Shown here: in pieces, positions 18,442-28,060 of the stretch
Numbering within the stretch: the stretch's first letter is position 1
Layout of the letters: every line of letters begins with the position of its first letter
Origin: an uncultured Anaerobiospirillum sp.
GTDB taxonomy: Bacteria; Pseudomonadota; Gammaproteobacteria; Enterobacterales; Succinivibrionaceae
DNA length: 64,000 bases
Direction: 5' to 3'
Assembly (NCBI GenBank): GCA_944389785.1
Contig: CALXNP010000001.1
Coordinates: forward strand, 5,270 to 69,269
Program-made: the position numbers and the translations under genes
Notes under the pieces: model-generated
The model's database searches: none
What the model was told of the DNA's origin: nothing
What the model saw: only the letters and a program-made list of their open reading frames with translations

Positions 18442-19380
18442 CTAAAAGATAGGCATACCATCCTCATCTATTTGCATAGGTGTAGCTGTACCCATACTTT
18501 CTTCACTCTTTGTGTTTTCCTCTTCATTATCATTAACACCTACAGGCAAACCGTCAGGACCTATTGAACTAATTGAACCATCTGGCTTAAAATCGTGAAT
18601 TATTGGTTCTGTCTTTGTTGTATCCTCATTATTTACATTATTACTTATTTGTGTTTCTAAGCCCATACCTGGATTATCTATAGTATTTTGATCTTTTAAG
18701 CTATAGTCTGCAGGAGCAACATTTTTTGGCTCTGCTGTTACATAATCAGGCAATAAAGGTGCCTTTTGATTATATTGTGATAATAGTTTGCAGTCATCTA
18801 TAATATTTTTAGATAAAGCACTAAAACCCGCTAAATTAATATCATAGATTTTAGGCATACTATTTTCACCTTGAAGCAAAGCTATTTGCAGTTTACCACC
18901 TTCATTTAACTGCAAAAGCAAACTTGATAATTTTTGTTCTTGTTCTTTTGTTAAAGGTAAAAATACTAAACGCCCTGAGCTTCTAATCTCACCTCTTAAT
19001 GCAATTTCATCATTTTGATCAACTAAAAATCTAGCAAATACACGTCCATTCAATGTTGACTGCATAGGAATATCTAAAGCATTAACCCTAAGATTTAAAG
19101 TAGGTGTAGCTGAATATTGTGTACAGCCTAAAGAAAAACTATAGCTGTCAATCATACCATTATTGACGCGATAAATAAGTTCACGATGTGGTATACGCTC
19201 TTTTATTTTTAAATAATTGGATGATGAGTCCTTTGCATTACTATAAAAATTATCCTCCTCTAAAGTCCAACGATTAAGTTCATCTACGCCCCATACATTA
19301 GCATTAGCACTGACATTACATATTCCACTAAAACACAAAGCTATAGCCAAACTTTTATATATTGCTTTTAGTTTTAACAT
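18442..19380 (-). CDS. secreted hypothetical protein
   Basis: Signal peptide (MLKLKAIYKSLAIALCFSGICNVSANA) and an acidic low-complexity C-terminal third. No family recognised. Confidence 0.5.
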   Translation of the reverse strand: MLKLKAIYKSLAIALCFSGICNVSANANVWGVDELNRWTLEEDNFYSNAKDSSSNYLKIKERIPHRELIYRVNNGMIDSYSFSLGCTQYSATPTLNLRVNALDIPMQSTLNGRVFARFLVDQNDEIALRGEIRSSGRLVFLPLTKEQEQKLSSLLLQLNEGGKLQIALLQGENSMPKIYDINLAGFSALSKNIIDDCKLLSQYNQKAPLLPDYVTAEPKNVAPADYSLKDQNTIDNPGMGLETQISNNVNNEDTTKTEPIIHDFKPDGSISSIGPDGLPVGVNDNEEENTKSEESMGTATPMQIDEDGMPIF

Positions 19381-19451
19381 TTACCATCATCCTGTAATTT
19401 AAATCTTTGTCAAATTATAATTTTATCATAGCTAAAAGCAAGTTAGGTGCC

Positions 19452-19481
19452 AAAAAAAATCCCAAGACTTAGCTTGGGATT
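19452..19481 (-). terminator. rho-independent terminator after serA
   Basis: ATCCCAAG (19459-19466) pairs with CTTGGGAT (19473-19480). The A8 run at 19452-19459 reads as a T-run on the minus strand. Confidence 0.8.
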
Positions 19482-19496
19482 TAATCTCGATATAAT

Positions 19497-20729
19497 TTAG
19501 TACAAGATACGGCACTTTAAAGTACCTTTAATAGCCTTAAGCTCTGCTAAAAATTGATGAGGATCATCTGAGAAAATATCCATAACAACATAACCTACAT
19601 CATCTTGAGTTTGTAAGTATTGAGCTGCTACATTAATATTGTACTTAGCAAAAACATCATTAATTTGACGCATAATACCAGGTACAGAAGTATGTATATG
19701 CAATAAACGTGAAACTCCTTGACGCTTTTGAGGTAAAGATACTTCAGGAAAGTTTACTGCTGTTAAAGTTGAGCCATTATCTGAATATAAAGCTAACTTT
19801 TGAGCAACCTCAATACCAATATTACATTGAGCCTCTTGTGTTGAAGCACCTATGTGTGGAGTTAAAATCACATTATCAAATTGACGCAATGGACTTACAA
19901 ATTCCTCACCATTAGCAGCTGGCTCTTTAGGGAATACATCACAAGCTGCTCCTGCTACCTTTTTGCTTTGTAATGCACTAGCTAAGGCATCAATATCAAC
20001 TACAGTACCACGTGAAGCATTGATAAAGAAAACACCATCTTTCATCTTCTCAAAGGCATTAGCATTGATCATATTCATAGTATCTGCAGTTTGTGGCACA
20101 TGCATTGAAATAATATCAGAATTAGCTAAGAGTTCATCTAAGCTCTCAACTTGATGAGCATTACCTAAAGATAATTTATTTTCAATATCATAAAAAATTA
20201 CCTTAAGACCTAAGCTTTCTGCAATAATACCAACCTGAGTACCAATATGGCCATAACCCACAATACCTAAAGTTTTACCACGAGCTTCATAACAACCTGT
20301 TGCAGCTTTTTTCCAACCACCTCTATGTAATAGAGCATTACGTGCAGGAACATCACGCAATAATTGTAAATATTCACCTGTTACTAATTCAGCTACAGAG
20401 CGAGTATTAGAAAAAGGAGCATTAAAAACAGGAATACCTAAAGCAGAGGCAGCTGTTAAGTCTACTTGATTAGTACCTATACAAAAACAGCCTATGCCAA
20501 CTAATTTTTTAGCATGAGCTAAAACTTCTTTAGTTAGAAAAGTACGTGATCTTATGCCAATAAAGTGCACATCAGCAATAGCATCAAGTAATTCTTGACC
20601 ATCTAAAGCCTTCTTTTCATAGGTAACATTAGTGTAACCTGACTTTTTAAAGGTATCTATGGCACTTGTATCAACACCTTCTAATAATAAAATCTTAATT
20701 TTGTCCTTTTCTAAAGATAAAGCTGGCAT
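19497..20729 (-). CDS. serA: D-3-phosphoglycerate dehydrogenase with C-terminal ACT domain
   Basis: 410 aa, the same size as E. coli SerA. NAD fold GIVGYGHIGTQVG, a D-isomer 2-hydroxyacid dehydrogenase core, and an ACT-like C-terminus. Confidence 0.9.
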   Translation of the reverse strand: MPALSLEKDKIKILLLEGVDTSAIDTFKKSGYTNVTYEKKALDGQELLDAIADVHFIGIRSRTFLTKEVLAHAKKLVGIGCFCIGTNQVDLTAASALGIPVFNAPFSNTRSVAELVTGEYLQLLRDVPARNALLHRGGWKKAATGCYEARGKTLGIVGYGHIGTQVGIIAESLGLKVIFYDIENKLSLGNAHQVESLDELLANSDIISMHVPQTADTMNMINANAFEKMKDGVFFINASRGTVVDIDALASALQSKKVAGAACDVFPKEPAANGEEFVSPLRQFDNVILTPHIGASTQEAQCNIGIEVAQKLALYSDNGSTLTAVNFPEVSLPQKRQGVSRLLHIHTSVPGIMRQINDVFAKYNINVAAQYLQTQDDVGYVVMDIFSDDPHQFLAELKAIKGTLKCRILY

Positions 20730-20750
20730 AATTTCCCCTTTTTGTTTGTA

Positions 20751-21857
20751 CTATTTATTATTTAAACGACGCTGTTCTACAGCTTCATTTAACATTTCAA
20801 TTGCTCTTACAGTATCATCAAAACCAATACATGCATCAGTAATACTTTGACCATATACAAGATCATCTAAATTCTCGCATAGATCTTGTCTACCTTCAAC
20901 AAGATTACTTTCGATCATTACACCAAAGATTCTTGTGTCGCCTGCACTGATCTGCTCTGCTACATTTTCACATACTTCCATTTGCTTTTTAAATTGCTTT
21001 GAACTATTTGAGTGTGAAAAATCAATCATAACCTTCTTTAAAAGATTACTCTTAGCTAAAACTTCACAAGCAGCATCAACATCTGTCTTTTTATAATTTG
21101 GTACCTTTCCGCCACGCAAAATTATATGACAATCATCATTACCTTTAGTATGAGCAATAGCAACTTGACCTAGCTTAGTAACTGTCATAAAGGTATGCTC
21201 ATTAGCAGCAGCCACTACTGCATCAACAGCTACCTTTACAGAACCATCAGTTGCATTTTTAAAACCAACAGGACAAGATAGACCTGAAGCCAATTGTCTA
21301 TGCACTTGAGATTCTGTAGTTCTTGCACCAATAGCACCCCATGAAATAAGTTCATCAATGTATTGAGGGGTAATTAAATCTAAATATTCAGTTGCAGCTG
21401 GTATTCCCATCTCATTGATTTGACATAAAAGCTTTCTGCCAATACGCAAGCCATTATTAATATCAAATGATGAATTTAGATCAGGATCATTAACCAAACC
21501 TTTCCAACCAACAGTAGTACGTGGTTTTTCAAAATATACACGCATGATTATTTCAAGGTTTTGAGCATAACGCTTACGTAAATCTAATAATCTTGCAGCA
21601 TAATCTAAAGCAGCTTTAGGATCATGTATTGAACATGGACCTGTGATCACAACTAATCTATCATCTTTATCATTTAAGATGTCATGTATATTGTCTCTTG
21701 TTTGTGTAACAAGACCATCTATAAAATCAGAAGTTGGAAACTTCTCTATAACCGCAACAGGAGGTAACAATTGGAAAATATCCTTTATTCTTGTGTCGAC
21801 GATACCATGCCGCGATGTTGGCGGCGGAGGGATCATCCTATTGTTTCTTAGGTTCAT
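20751..21857 (-). CDS. class I (AroG/F/H-type) 3-deoxy-7-phosphoheptulonate (DAHP) synthase
   Basis: Colinear with E. coli AroG: LLPPVAVIEKFP, GPCSIHD, RVYFEKPRTTVGWKGL, IGARTTESQVHR, GFKNATDG, IDFSHSNS. The ATG at 21857 has AAGGGCGG upstream. The track start at 21878 is TTG. Confidence 0.9.
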   Translation of the reverse strand: MNLRNNRMIPPPPTSRHGIVDTRIKDIFQLLPPVAVIEKFPTSDFIDGLVTQTRDNIHDILNDKDDRLVVITGPCSIHDPKAALDYAARLLDLRKRYAQNLEIIMRVYFEKPRTTVGWKGLVNDPDLNSSFDINNGLRIGRKLLCQINEMGIPAATEYLDLITPQYIDELISWGAIGARTTESQVHRQLASGLSCPVGFKNATDGSVKVAVDAVVAAANEHTFMTVTKLGQVAIAHTKGNDDCHIILRGGKVPNYKKTDVDAACEVLAKSNLLKKVMIDFSHSNSSKQFKKQMEVCENVAEQISAGDTRIFGVMIESNLVEGRQDLCENLDDLVYGQSITDACIGFDDTVRAIEMLNEAVEQRRLNNK

Positions 21858-22248
21858 AAAAACCGCCCTTAATATCAAAAATTAAAATGAAAGATTAGAG
21901 ATAATAATATGAGTAGCTAAAGCTATTATGGCTAAATAGATTAGAAGAAAATAAGAAATGATTTGATAAGTTTTGGCTTTTAGTCGCAACTAGAAGCAAC
22001 TTAGGTTTCAATTTTTTATTACAACTACACATATTTTTACCTTACAATAAATAAAGCTAATTTAAGCTTGTGTAACATTACCTATAATTTAATTATAAGC
22101 TGATCGTTTATTAAAAAGTTAATAACTAAATAATAAACTACTCTCTATTATATTCATATATACAAGTCATACAAGTAATGCCCTTGTTTTGAACAATAAA
22201 AAGGGCATATTTTATGTACTTTTATTTAAATTGCTATATTTTTGTGCA

Positions 22249-23055
22249 CTAAAATTCTAAAACTAAACCAACAGGACAGTGATCAGAGCCATACACATCA
22301 TTTTCAATATAAGCATCTTTAATATTAGACTTTAGTTCTTCTGATACAAAAAAGTAATCAATACGCCATCCAACATTCTTTTCTCTAGCACGAGTCTTAT
22401 AAGACCACCAAGTATAATGTCCCTCTTGCCCTTCGTGTAAATGTCTAAAAGTATCAATATAACCTGCAGCTACAAATTTATCCAAAAAAGCACGCTCTAT
22501 AGGTAAAAAACCAGTGTTTTTAGTATTAGTTTTAGGACGAGCTAAATCTATAGCTTGATGAGCTATATTAAAATCACCACAAACAACAATAGGCTTACTT
22601 TGTCTTAGTTTTTGGGCATAATTAAAAAATGATTCAAAAAATCCCATTTTATAAGGTACACGCTTAAACTCACCTGTAGCTTTACCATTTTCATCTAGAA
22701 CCTCACCTCCTCCATTAGGAAAATATCCATTAAAGAAGTGAAATTGCTCAAACTCCAAATGAACAATTCTACCCTCTCCTTGAAATTGCTCATCAGGCAA
22801 CTCTATTTCATGACTAAGTGGTTTAATTTTTGAAAAAACAGCTGTACCAGAATAACCTTTTTTAACCACAGATGAGGCAAAATATGAATAATACCCTTCA
22901 GGCTCTGCTAAACTTTTATCTAATTGCTTTACATCAGCCTTGGTCTCTTGTAAAGAAATAACATCATAGCCACGAGAACCAAACCATTTCCAATCTTCTT
23001 TTGCGCTAACAGCTCTAATGCCATTTACATTCCATGAGGCTAATTTTATTTGCAT
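22249..23055 (-). CDS. xth: exodeoxyribonuclease III / AP endonuclease
   Basis: ExoIII family: N-terminal SWNVNG, QETK, CGDFNIAH, C-terminal GSDHCPV. Confidence 0.9.
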   Translation of the reverse strand: MQIKLASWNVNGIRAVSAKEDWKWFGSRGYDVISLQETKADVKQLDKSLAEPEGYYSYFASSVVKKGYSGTAVFSKIKPLSHEIELPDEQFQGEGRIVHLEFEQFHFFNGYFPNGGGEVLDENGKATGEFKRVPYKMGFFESFFNYAQKLRQSKPIVVCGDFNIAHQAIDLARPKTNTKNTGFLPIERAFLDKFVAAGYIDTFRHLHEGQEGHYTWWSYKTRAREKNVGWRIDYFFVSEELKSNIKDAYIENDVYGSDHCPVGLVLEF

Positions 23056-23262
23056 ACTCCACCTTTTTATAAAAAATCTTAAAAACTTATTTAAATTGAA
23101 TGAGATTTTAACAAAAAAGCTTAATCTATGATGAACTAGTAAAAAAATATTGCAAATTTATTTTGTTAAATATTTTGCCGACTAAAAGTACTAATAAAAA
23201 TGTCTATAAATACAAATAGTTGCAAAAAATACTCATTTTTACACATATATTCTTATAAAATT

Positions 23263-23279
23263 TGTGAATTGTATTACAA
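23263..23279. promoter_or_regulatory. candidate operator upstream of lctP (CRP-like TGTGA-N6-TTACA overlapping a GntR-type TTGTATTACAA palindrome)
   Basis: TGTGAattgtaTTACA (23263-23278) has one mismatch to the CRP core. The overlapping TTGTATTACAA (23269-23279) fits the FadR/GntR pattern TnGTnnnACnA. The site lies about 145 nt upstream of the lctP ATG. Confidence 0.3.
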
Positions 23280-23419
23280 TATTAAAAATGTTTATTTGAA
23301 AAAAAATAATATCTTTTAATACAATTGCAAAAATCTAAGCTAAAATGTAATTTTGACAGAAAAAATTTGTGTTTTTGCTAAAAAACTAATTTTTAAATAA
23401 AAATTATAAGGAGTATCAT

Positions 23420-25081
23420 ATGTGGACACAAGTTTATGATCCGCTTAATAATATTATGCTCAGCTCACTGATTGCATTCATACCTATTATTTGCTTTTTA
23501 GTGTGCTTAGTAGCTTTAAAACTCAAAGGCTATCAAGCTGCTTTTATCACCGTAGTATTGACAGCTATTTTAGCAATTTTTGTTTATGGTATGCCTGCTC
23601 AACTTGTTGGTGCATCTTTTGTACAAGGCTTTACTCAAGGTATGTGGCCAATTGCATGGATTATTATTGCAGCTATATTCCTATACAAACTTACTGTTAA
23701 AGCAGGTGCTTTTGATATTATTAAAGCTTCAGTAATGTCTATTACTCCAGATCACCGTATTCAAGTTATCTTAATTGGTTTTTGCTTTGGCTCTTTCTTA
23801 GAAGGTGCCATTGGTTTTGGTGGTCCTGTAGCAATTACAGCTGCTTTACTTGTAGGTTTAGGTATTGATCCTCTAAAAGCTGCAGGTTTATGCTTAATTG
23901 CAAATACTGCTCCTGTAGCTTTTGGTGCTGTAGGTATTCCTATTACTGCTATGTGCAGCACTGTAGGTGTAGATCCAGGTCCTGTTTCTGCAATGATTGG
24001 TCGTATGTTAGTGCCATTTAGCTTTGTTGTACCATTTTTTGTAGTATTTTTAATGGATGGTTTTAGAGGTTTACGTGAAACCTTCCCTGCAATTTTTGTA
24101 GCATCATTAAGCTTTGTGGCAACACAATTTTATAGTTCTAACTTCCTAGGTCCTGAACTTCCTGATATTGCTTCTGCTGTAGTATCTATTATATGTACCA
24201 CAGTATTTTTAAAGGTTTGGAAGCCAAAGCATATCTTTAGATTTGATGGTGAGACTAATTTTGACAATAAGATGCCATATACAAGCTCACAAATCTTTAT
24301 TGCTTGGACACCTTTTATCCTTCTAATTGCTTTTATTATTCTATGGACTTCACCTATCTTCAAGAGCCTATTTGCTAAAGGTGCAATCTTAGAATTTACT
24401 CAAGTAACCTTAGTCTTTAACAATTCTGTAGGTTCAATTATTAGCCCAAGTATTGTTGATCCAACTGTTACATCACAAGTACCTGTTTCTCAAGTTATTA
24501 ACCTAATTGCAGCTCAAGCTGGTACTGCTATTTTATTTGCTGCTTTACTTTCTATGCTTATCCTAAAAGTAAAGCGTACTGATGCTCTAGATTGTTTCTG
24601 GGATACCTTAAAAGAAATGGCTATCCCTATAGTAACAATTGGTCTTGTAGTAGCTTTTGCCTTTATTTCTAAAAATAGTGGTATGTCTACAACCTTAGGC
24701 TTAGCATTTTCAAACTCACAAGAAGCGTTCGCTTTCTTCTCACCAGTTATTGGTTGGGTTGGTGTATTCCTAACTGGTTCAGATACAAGCTCAAATCTAC
24801 TCTTTGGTGTACTGCAACAAGTTACAGCTCATAAATTAGGCATTGAAGAAACCTTATTCTTAGCTGCTAACTCTGTAGGTGGTGTAGTAGGTAAGATGAT
24901 TTCTCCTCAATCTATAGCTGTAGCTTGCGCTGCTGTGGGGCTAGTAGGCCGTGAATCTGACCTATTTAAGTACACATTAAAATATTCACTAGCATTTATT
25001 ATATTACTTGGTGTATGGTCATGGGTTATAGCCTATATGCTACCTGGTATTATTCCAGAGTCAATTTTAATTCATAAATAA
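23420..25081 (+). CDS. lctP: L-lactate permease
   Basis: 553-aa polytopic LctP-family protein (LCLIANTAPVAFGAVGIP, GSDTSSNLLFG). AAGGAG lies upstream. It is followed by lutABC. Confidence 0.9.
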   Translation: MWTQVYDPLNNIMLSSLIAFIPIICFLVCLVALKLKGYQAAFITVVLTAILAIFVYGMPAQLVGASFVQGFTQGMWPIAWIIIAAIFLYKLTVKAGAFDIIKASVMSITPDHRIQVILIGFCFGSFLEGAIGFGGPVAITAALLVGLGIDPLKAAGLCLIANTAPVAFGAVGIPITAMCSTVGVDPGPVSAMIGRMLVPFSFVVPFFVVFLMDGFRGLRETFPAIFVASLSFVATQFYSSNFLGPELPDIASAVVSIICTTVFLKVWKPKHIFRFDGETNFDNKMPYTSSQIFIAWTPFILLIAFIILWTSPIFKSLFAKGAILEFTQVTLVFNNSVGSIISPSIVDPTVTSQVPVSQVINLIAAQAGTAILFAALLSMLILKVKRTDALDCFWDTLKEMAIPIVTIGLVVAFAFISKNSGMSTTLGLAFSNSQEAFAFFSPVIGWVGVFLTGSDTSSNLLFGVLQQVTAHKLGIEETLFLAANSVGGVVGKMISPQSIAVACAAVGLVGRESDLFKYTLKYSLAFIILLGVWSWVIAYMLPGIIPESILIHK

Positions 25082-25092
25082 ATTGATTTTAT

Positions 25093-25119
25093 AAGCAGCC
25101 TTTTTGTATGGGGCTGCTT
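25093..25119 (+). other. intercistronic hairpin between lctP and lutA (no T-run)
   Basis: AAGCAGCC (25093-25100) pairs with GGCTGCTT (25112-25119). No U-tract follows, so it is more likely a processing or stability element than a full terminator. Confidence 0.4.
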
Positions 25120-25145
25120 TGTAACTTAATTCAACGAGGTTTTTT

Positions 25146-25898
25146 GTGAATAAAAAAGTATATCTATTCTCCACATGTGTTTGTTCTAGTGCTATGCCAC
25201 AAACAGTAATAAATGCTATTGAGCTTTTACGCCTAGCTAATGTGGATGTTATTTATAAAAAAAATCAAACCTGCTGTTCACAACCATCATATAACTCAGG
25301 TTATTTTGAAGAAAGCAAAAAAATTGTTTTACATAATGTAGCTTTATTTGAAGAGGATGAAAGCTTACCTATAGTAGTGCCAGCTGGCTCTTGTGCAGGC
25401 ATGTTTTCACATGACATATTAGAACTATTTAAAGGTGATAAAGAGTTTGAGCGTATCAAAAGATTTAGTGAGCGTGTTTATGACCTGAGCCAATATCTTC
25501 ATAAAGTTTGTCAGGTAAATTATGAAGATAAAGGTGCTCCACTTACTATTACTTGGCATACCTCATGTCATGCTTTCCGTATCCAAAAATGTGTTGATAG
25601 TCAAAAAGCTTTGTTATCTCAGTTTAAAAACGTTACTTTAGCACCTTTACAATATGAAGAAGAATGTTGTGGCTTTGGTGGTACTTTCTCTATAAAGGAA
25701 CCTGAAATTTCTAATGCTATTGTGTCTGCTAAAATTGATGATATTAAACATACTGGTGCTAAATACGTAGTAGCTGGAGACAGTGCTTGCATACTCAATA
25801 TTCAAGGTGCACTTAAACGTCAAAATAGCGATATTCAAGTAGTACATCTTTATGATTTCTTACTTGATAGAATAAAAGGAGCTAACGCTTATGTCTAA
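25146..25898 (+). CDS. lutA: lactate utilization protein A (Fe-S oxidoreductase, CCG domains)
   Basis: GTG start with GAGG 6 nt upstream. Cys-rich CCG motifs (CCSQP, EECCGFGG). Overlaps lutB by 8 nt. Confidence 0.85.
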   Translation: MNKKVYLFSTCVCSSAMPQTVINAIELLRLANVDVIYKKNQTCCSQPSYNSGYFEESKKIVLHNVALFEEDESLPIVVPAGSCAGMFSHDILELFKGDKEFERIKRFSERVYDLSQYLHKVCQVNYEDKGAPLTITWHTSCHAFRIQKCVDSQKALLSQFKNVTLAPLQYEEECCGFGGTFSIKEPEISNAIVSAKIDDIKHTGAKYVVAGDSACILNIQGALKRQNSDIQVVHLYDFLLDRIKGANAYV

Positions 25899-27333
25899 TA
25901 GTGCTAAGATGCCTCATGAGCAGATTGTAAAAATTAAACTTAATGATAAGCAAATGCGTGAAAATTTACGCACAGCTATGCATACTTTGCAAAAAAATCG
26001 TCTAAATCTAGTTGAAAATAAATTCAATGATTGGCAAGGTCTACGCCAAAGAGCAAAACAAGCTAAAAACAATGCTATACAATCTTTAGGTGAGCGTTTA
26101 GTTGAATTTGAAAAAAACGCTACTAAAAATGGTATTAAAGTACATTGGGCTGATACAGATGTTGATGCTTGTAATATTATTTATGAATTAATTAAAAAAA
26201 ATAATGTTACTAAAATCCTCAAAGGTAAGTCGATGGCCTCTGAAGAAATTGGTCTTAATCACTTTTTACAAGAAAAAGGTGTTGAAGCTATCGAATCTGA
26301 CTTAGGTGAGCTCATTATTCAATTAAATCATGAGCCTCCTGTACATATTGTAGTACCAGCCATTCATAAAAATCGCTATGAAGTAGCTCAAATCTTTAAA
26401 GATAAACTTAATGCTCCTTATGAAGAAGAAATTGAAAAACTCAATAGCATAGCAAGAACTCATTTACGTGATCAATTTGAAGGTCTTAAAATGGGTCTGT
26501 CAGGTGTAAACTTTGCTATGTCAAAAGAAGGTGCTTTTTGGCTAATTGAAAATGAAGGTAATGGCAGAATGTGTACCACAGCACCTGATATTCATGTGGC
26601 TTTATGTGGTATTGAAAAAGTTTTAGAAACATTTGAAGATGCTGCTACTATGGTACACCTTTTAACACCATCAGCTACAGGACAATTTATCCCAACTTAT
26701 AATAATATTATTAGTGGTCCTCGTAAAAATGGAGATAAAGATGGTCCTAAAGAAGTACATGTAGTTTTATTCAACCATAATCGCACTAATATGTTAGCTC
26801 ATGAGGATTATCATGAAGCTTTGCGTTGTATACGCTGTGGCTCTTGTATGAACTTCTGTCCTGTATATGATAAAATTGGTGGACATGCTTATCAAACAAT
26901 TTATCCAGGTCCTATAGGTGAGGTTATTTCCCCTAATTTATTTGGTATGGATCAAAACTCAGATATCTTAAGTTTCTGCTCTTTGTGTGGCAGATGCTCT
27001 GAGGTATGCCCAGTTAAAATACCTTTAGCTAGTTTAATTCGTAAATTACGTGCTAATAAAGTAGGACAAGGTGAAAATAAAGCTTTTGGCAGTGATAAGC
27101 TAGAACATAGCAAAACAGAACAAATAGCCTTTAAACTCTTTGTTAAAGCTGCAACAAGTGGTGGTATTTGGCGTTTTAATATCTCAAGTGCTCATACCTT
27201 TAATTTTGTTTTAAAAACTTTTTCACATCAACTACCTGTAATAAAAAATTGGACTAAATACAAAGAATTACCTGATATTAAAGGCACCTTGTATGATAAG
27301 CTAAAAAATATGGAAGGAGTAAGCTATGAGTAA
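25891..27333 (+). CDS. lutB: lactate utilization protein B (4Fe-4S, LUD domain)
   Basis: Two ferredoxin-type motifs, CIRCGSCMNFCP and CSLCGRCSEVCP, after an N-terminal LUD/DUF162 region. Overlaps both lutA and lutC. Confidence 0.87.
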   Translation: MSNSAKMPHEQIVKIKLNDKQMRENLRTAMHTLQKNRLNLVENKFNDWQGLRQRAKQAKNNAIQSLGERLVEFEKNATKNGIKVHWADTDVDACNIIYELIKKNNVTKILKGKSMASEEIGLNHFLQEKGVEAIESDLGELIIQLNHEPPVHIVVPAIHKNRYEVAQIFKDKLNAPYEEEIEKLNSIARTHLRDQFEGLKMGLSGVNFAMSKEGAFWLIENEGNGRMCTTAPDIHVALCGIEKVLETFEDAATMVHLLTPSATGQFIPTYNNIISGPRKNGDKDGPKEVHVVLFNHNRTNMLAHEDYHEALRCIRCGSCMNFCPVYDKIGGHAYQTIYPGPIGEVISPNLFGMDQNSDILSFCSLCGRCSEVCPVKIPLASLIRKLRANKVGQGENKAFGSDKLEHSKTEQIAFKLFVKAATSGGIWRFNISSAHTFNFVLKTFSHQLPVIKNWTKYKELPDIKGTLYDKLKNMEGVSYE

Positions 27334-27994
27334 TGTTATTGAAGAAATCTCTAAGCGCTCACGTGAAGCTATACTTAATAAGGTAGCTGGTGGTTACAAA
27401 GAAAGTGATTTTTGCCGTAAAGAAACTCAAAATCCTGTAGTGCATATTAAAACTACAGATAATCCTCTTAACGATATGATCACAAGAATGACTGAAAACA
27501 AGTATATTGTTGAACAATGCAGTAAAGATCAATTAGAGGAAACTATCAATAAAATTGTAGCTTCTTATCAGCTAAATAGCATGATGTATCCAAGCGATAT
27601 AGATGGCGTAATTGATATTAATAAAATACAAGCAAGCTCTAAACTGTGTTTTGATAAGCCAATTGAAGATATAAGACATGAAGTCTTCCATACTGACTTT
27701 TCTATAATACAAGCAAGAGCAGGTGTTGCATCTCATGGTGTATGTTTAGTTACTTCATCTGATAAACAACCCCGCATGCTCTCATTAGCACCTACTTTAT
27801 GTATTATGCTATTAAAAAAAGAAGATGTAGTACCATCACTTGTAGATGCACTGCATCTTGTAAAAAAAGAGCATCCTGATTGTTTACCGACTAATATTCT
27901 ATTTATTGCAGGACCTTCACGTACCTCAGATATTGAGCTTGTAACTGTCTTTGGTGTACATGGCTCACAAAAAGTACATGTAATTATTTACTAA
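27326..27994 (+). CDS. lutC: lactate utilization protein C
   Basis: LUD-domain-sized protein (222 aa) in the third position of the lutABC arrangement. Confidence 0.8.
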   Translation: MSNVIEEISKRSREAILNKVAGGYKESDFCRKETQNPVVHIKTTDNPLNDMITRMTENKYIVEQCSKDQLEETINKIVASYQLNSMMYPSDIDGVIDINKIQASSKLCFDKPIEDIRHEVFHTDFSIIQARAGVASHGVCLVTSSDKQPRMLSLAPTLCIMLLKKEDVVPSLVDALHLVKKEHPDCLPTNILFIAGPSRTSDIELVTVFGVHGSQKVHVIIY

Positions 27995-27999
27995 AAAAA

Positions 28000-28036
28000 T
28001 TAAGATCCTAAGACTTAAATATATCTTAGGATCTTA
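28000..28036. terminator. bidirectional hairpin between lutC and the accessory operon
   Basis: TAAGATCCTAAGA (28000-28012) pairs with TCTTAGGATCTTA (28024-28036), a 13-bp perfect stem. Confidence 0.7.
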
Positions 28037-28060
28037 AGTTAAAAATATACTTTATTAAAT

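Noticed and set aside
19709-21885. ORFs 19709-19915(+), 19963-20154(+), 20659-20850(+) and 21643-21885(+)
   Set aside because: They are antisense to serA and the DAHP synthase gene, both of which are colinear with known enzymes.
23491-25847. ORFs 23491-23700(+), 23761-23961(-), 24130-24363(-) and 25647-25847(-)
   Set aside because: They are embedded in lctP or lutA, either in another frame or on the other strand.
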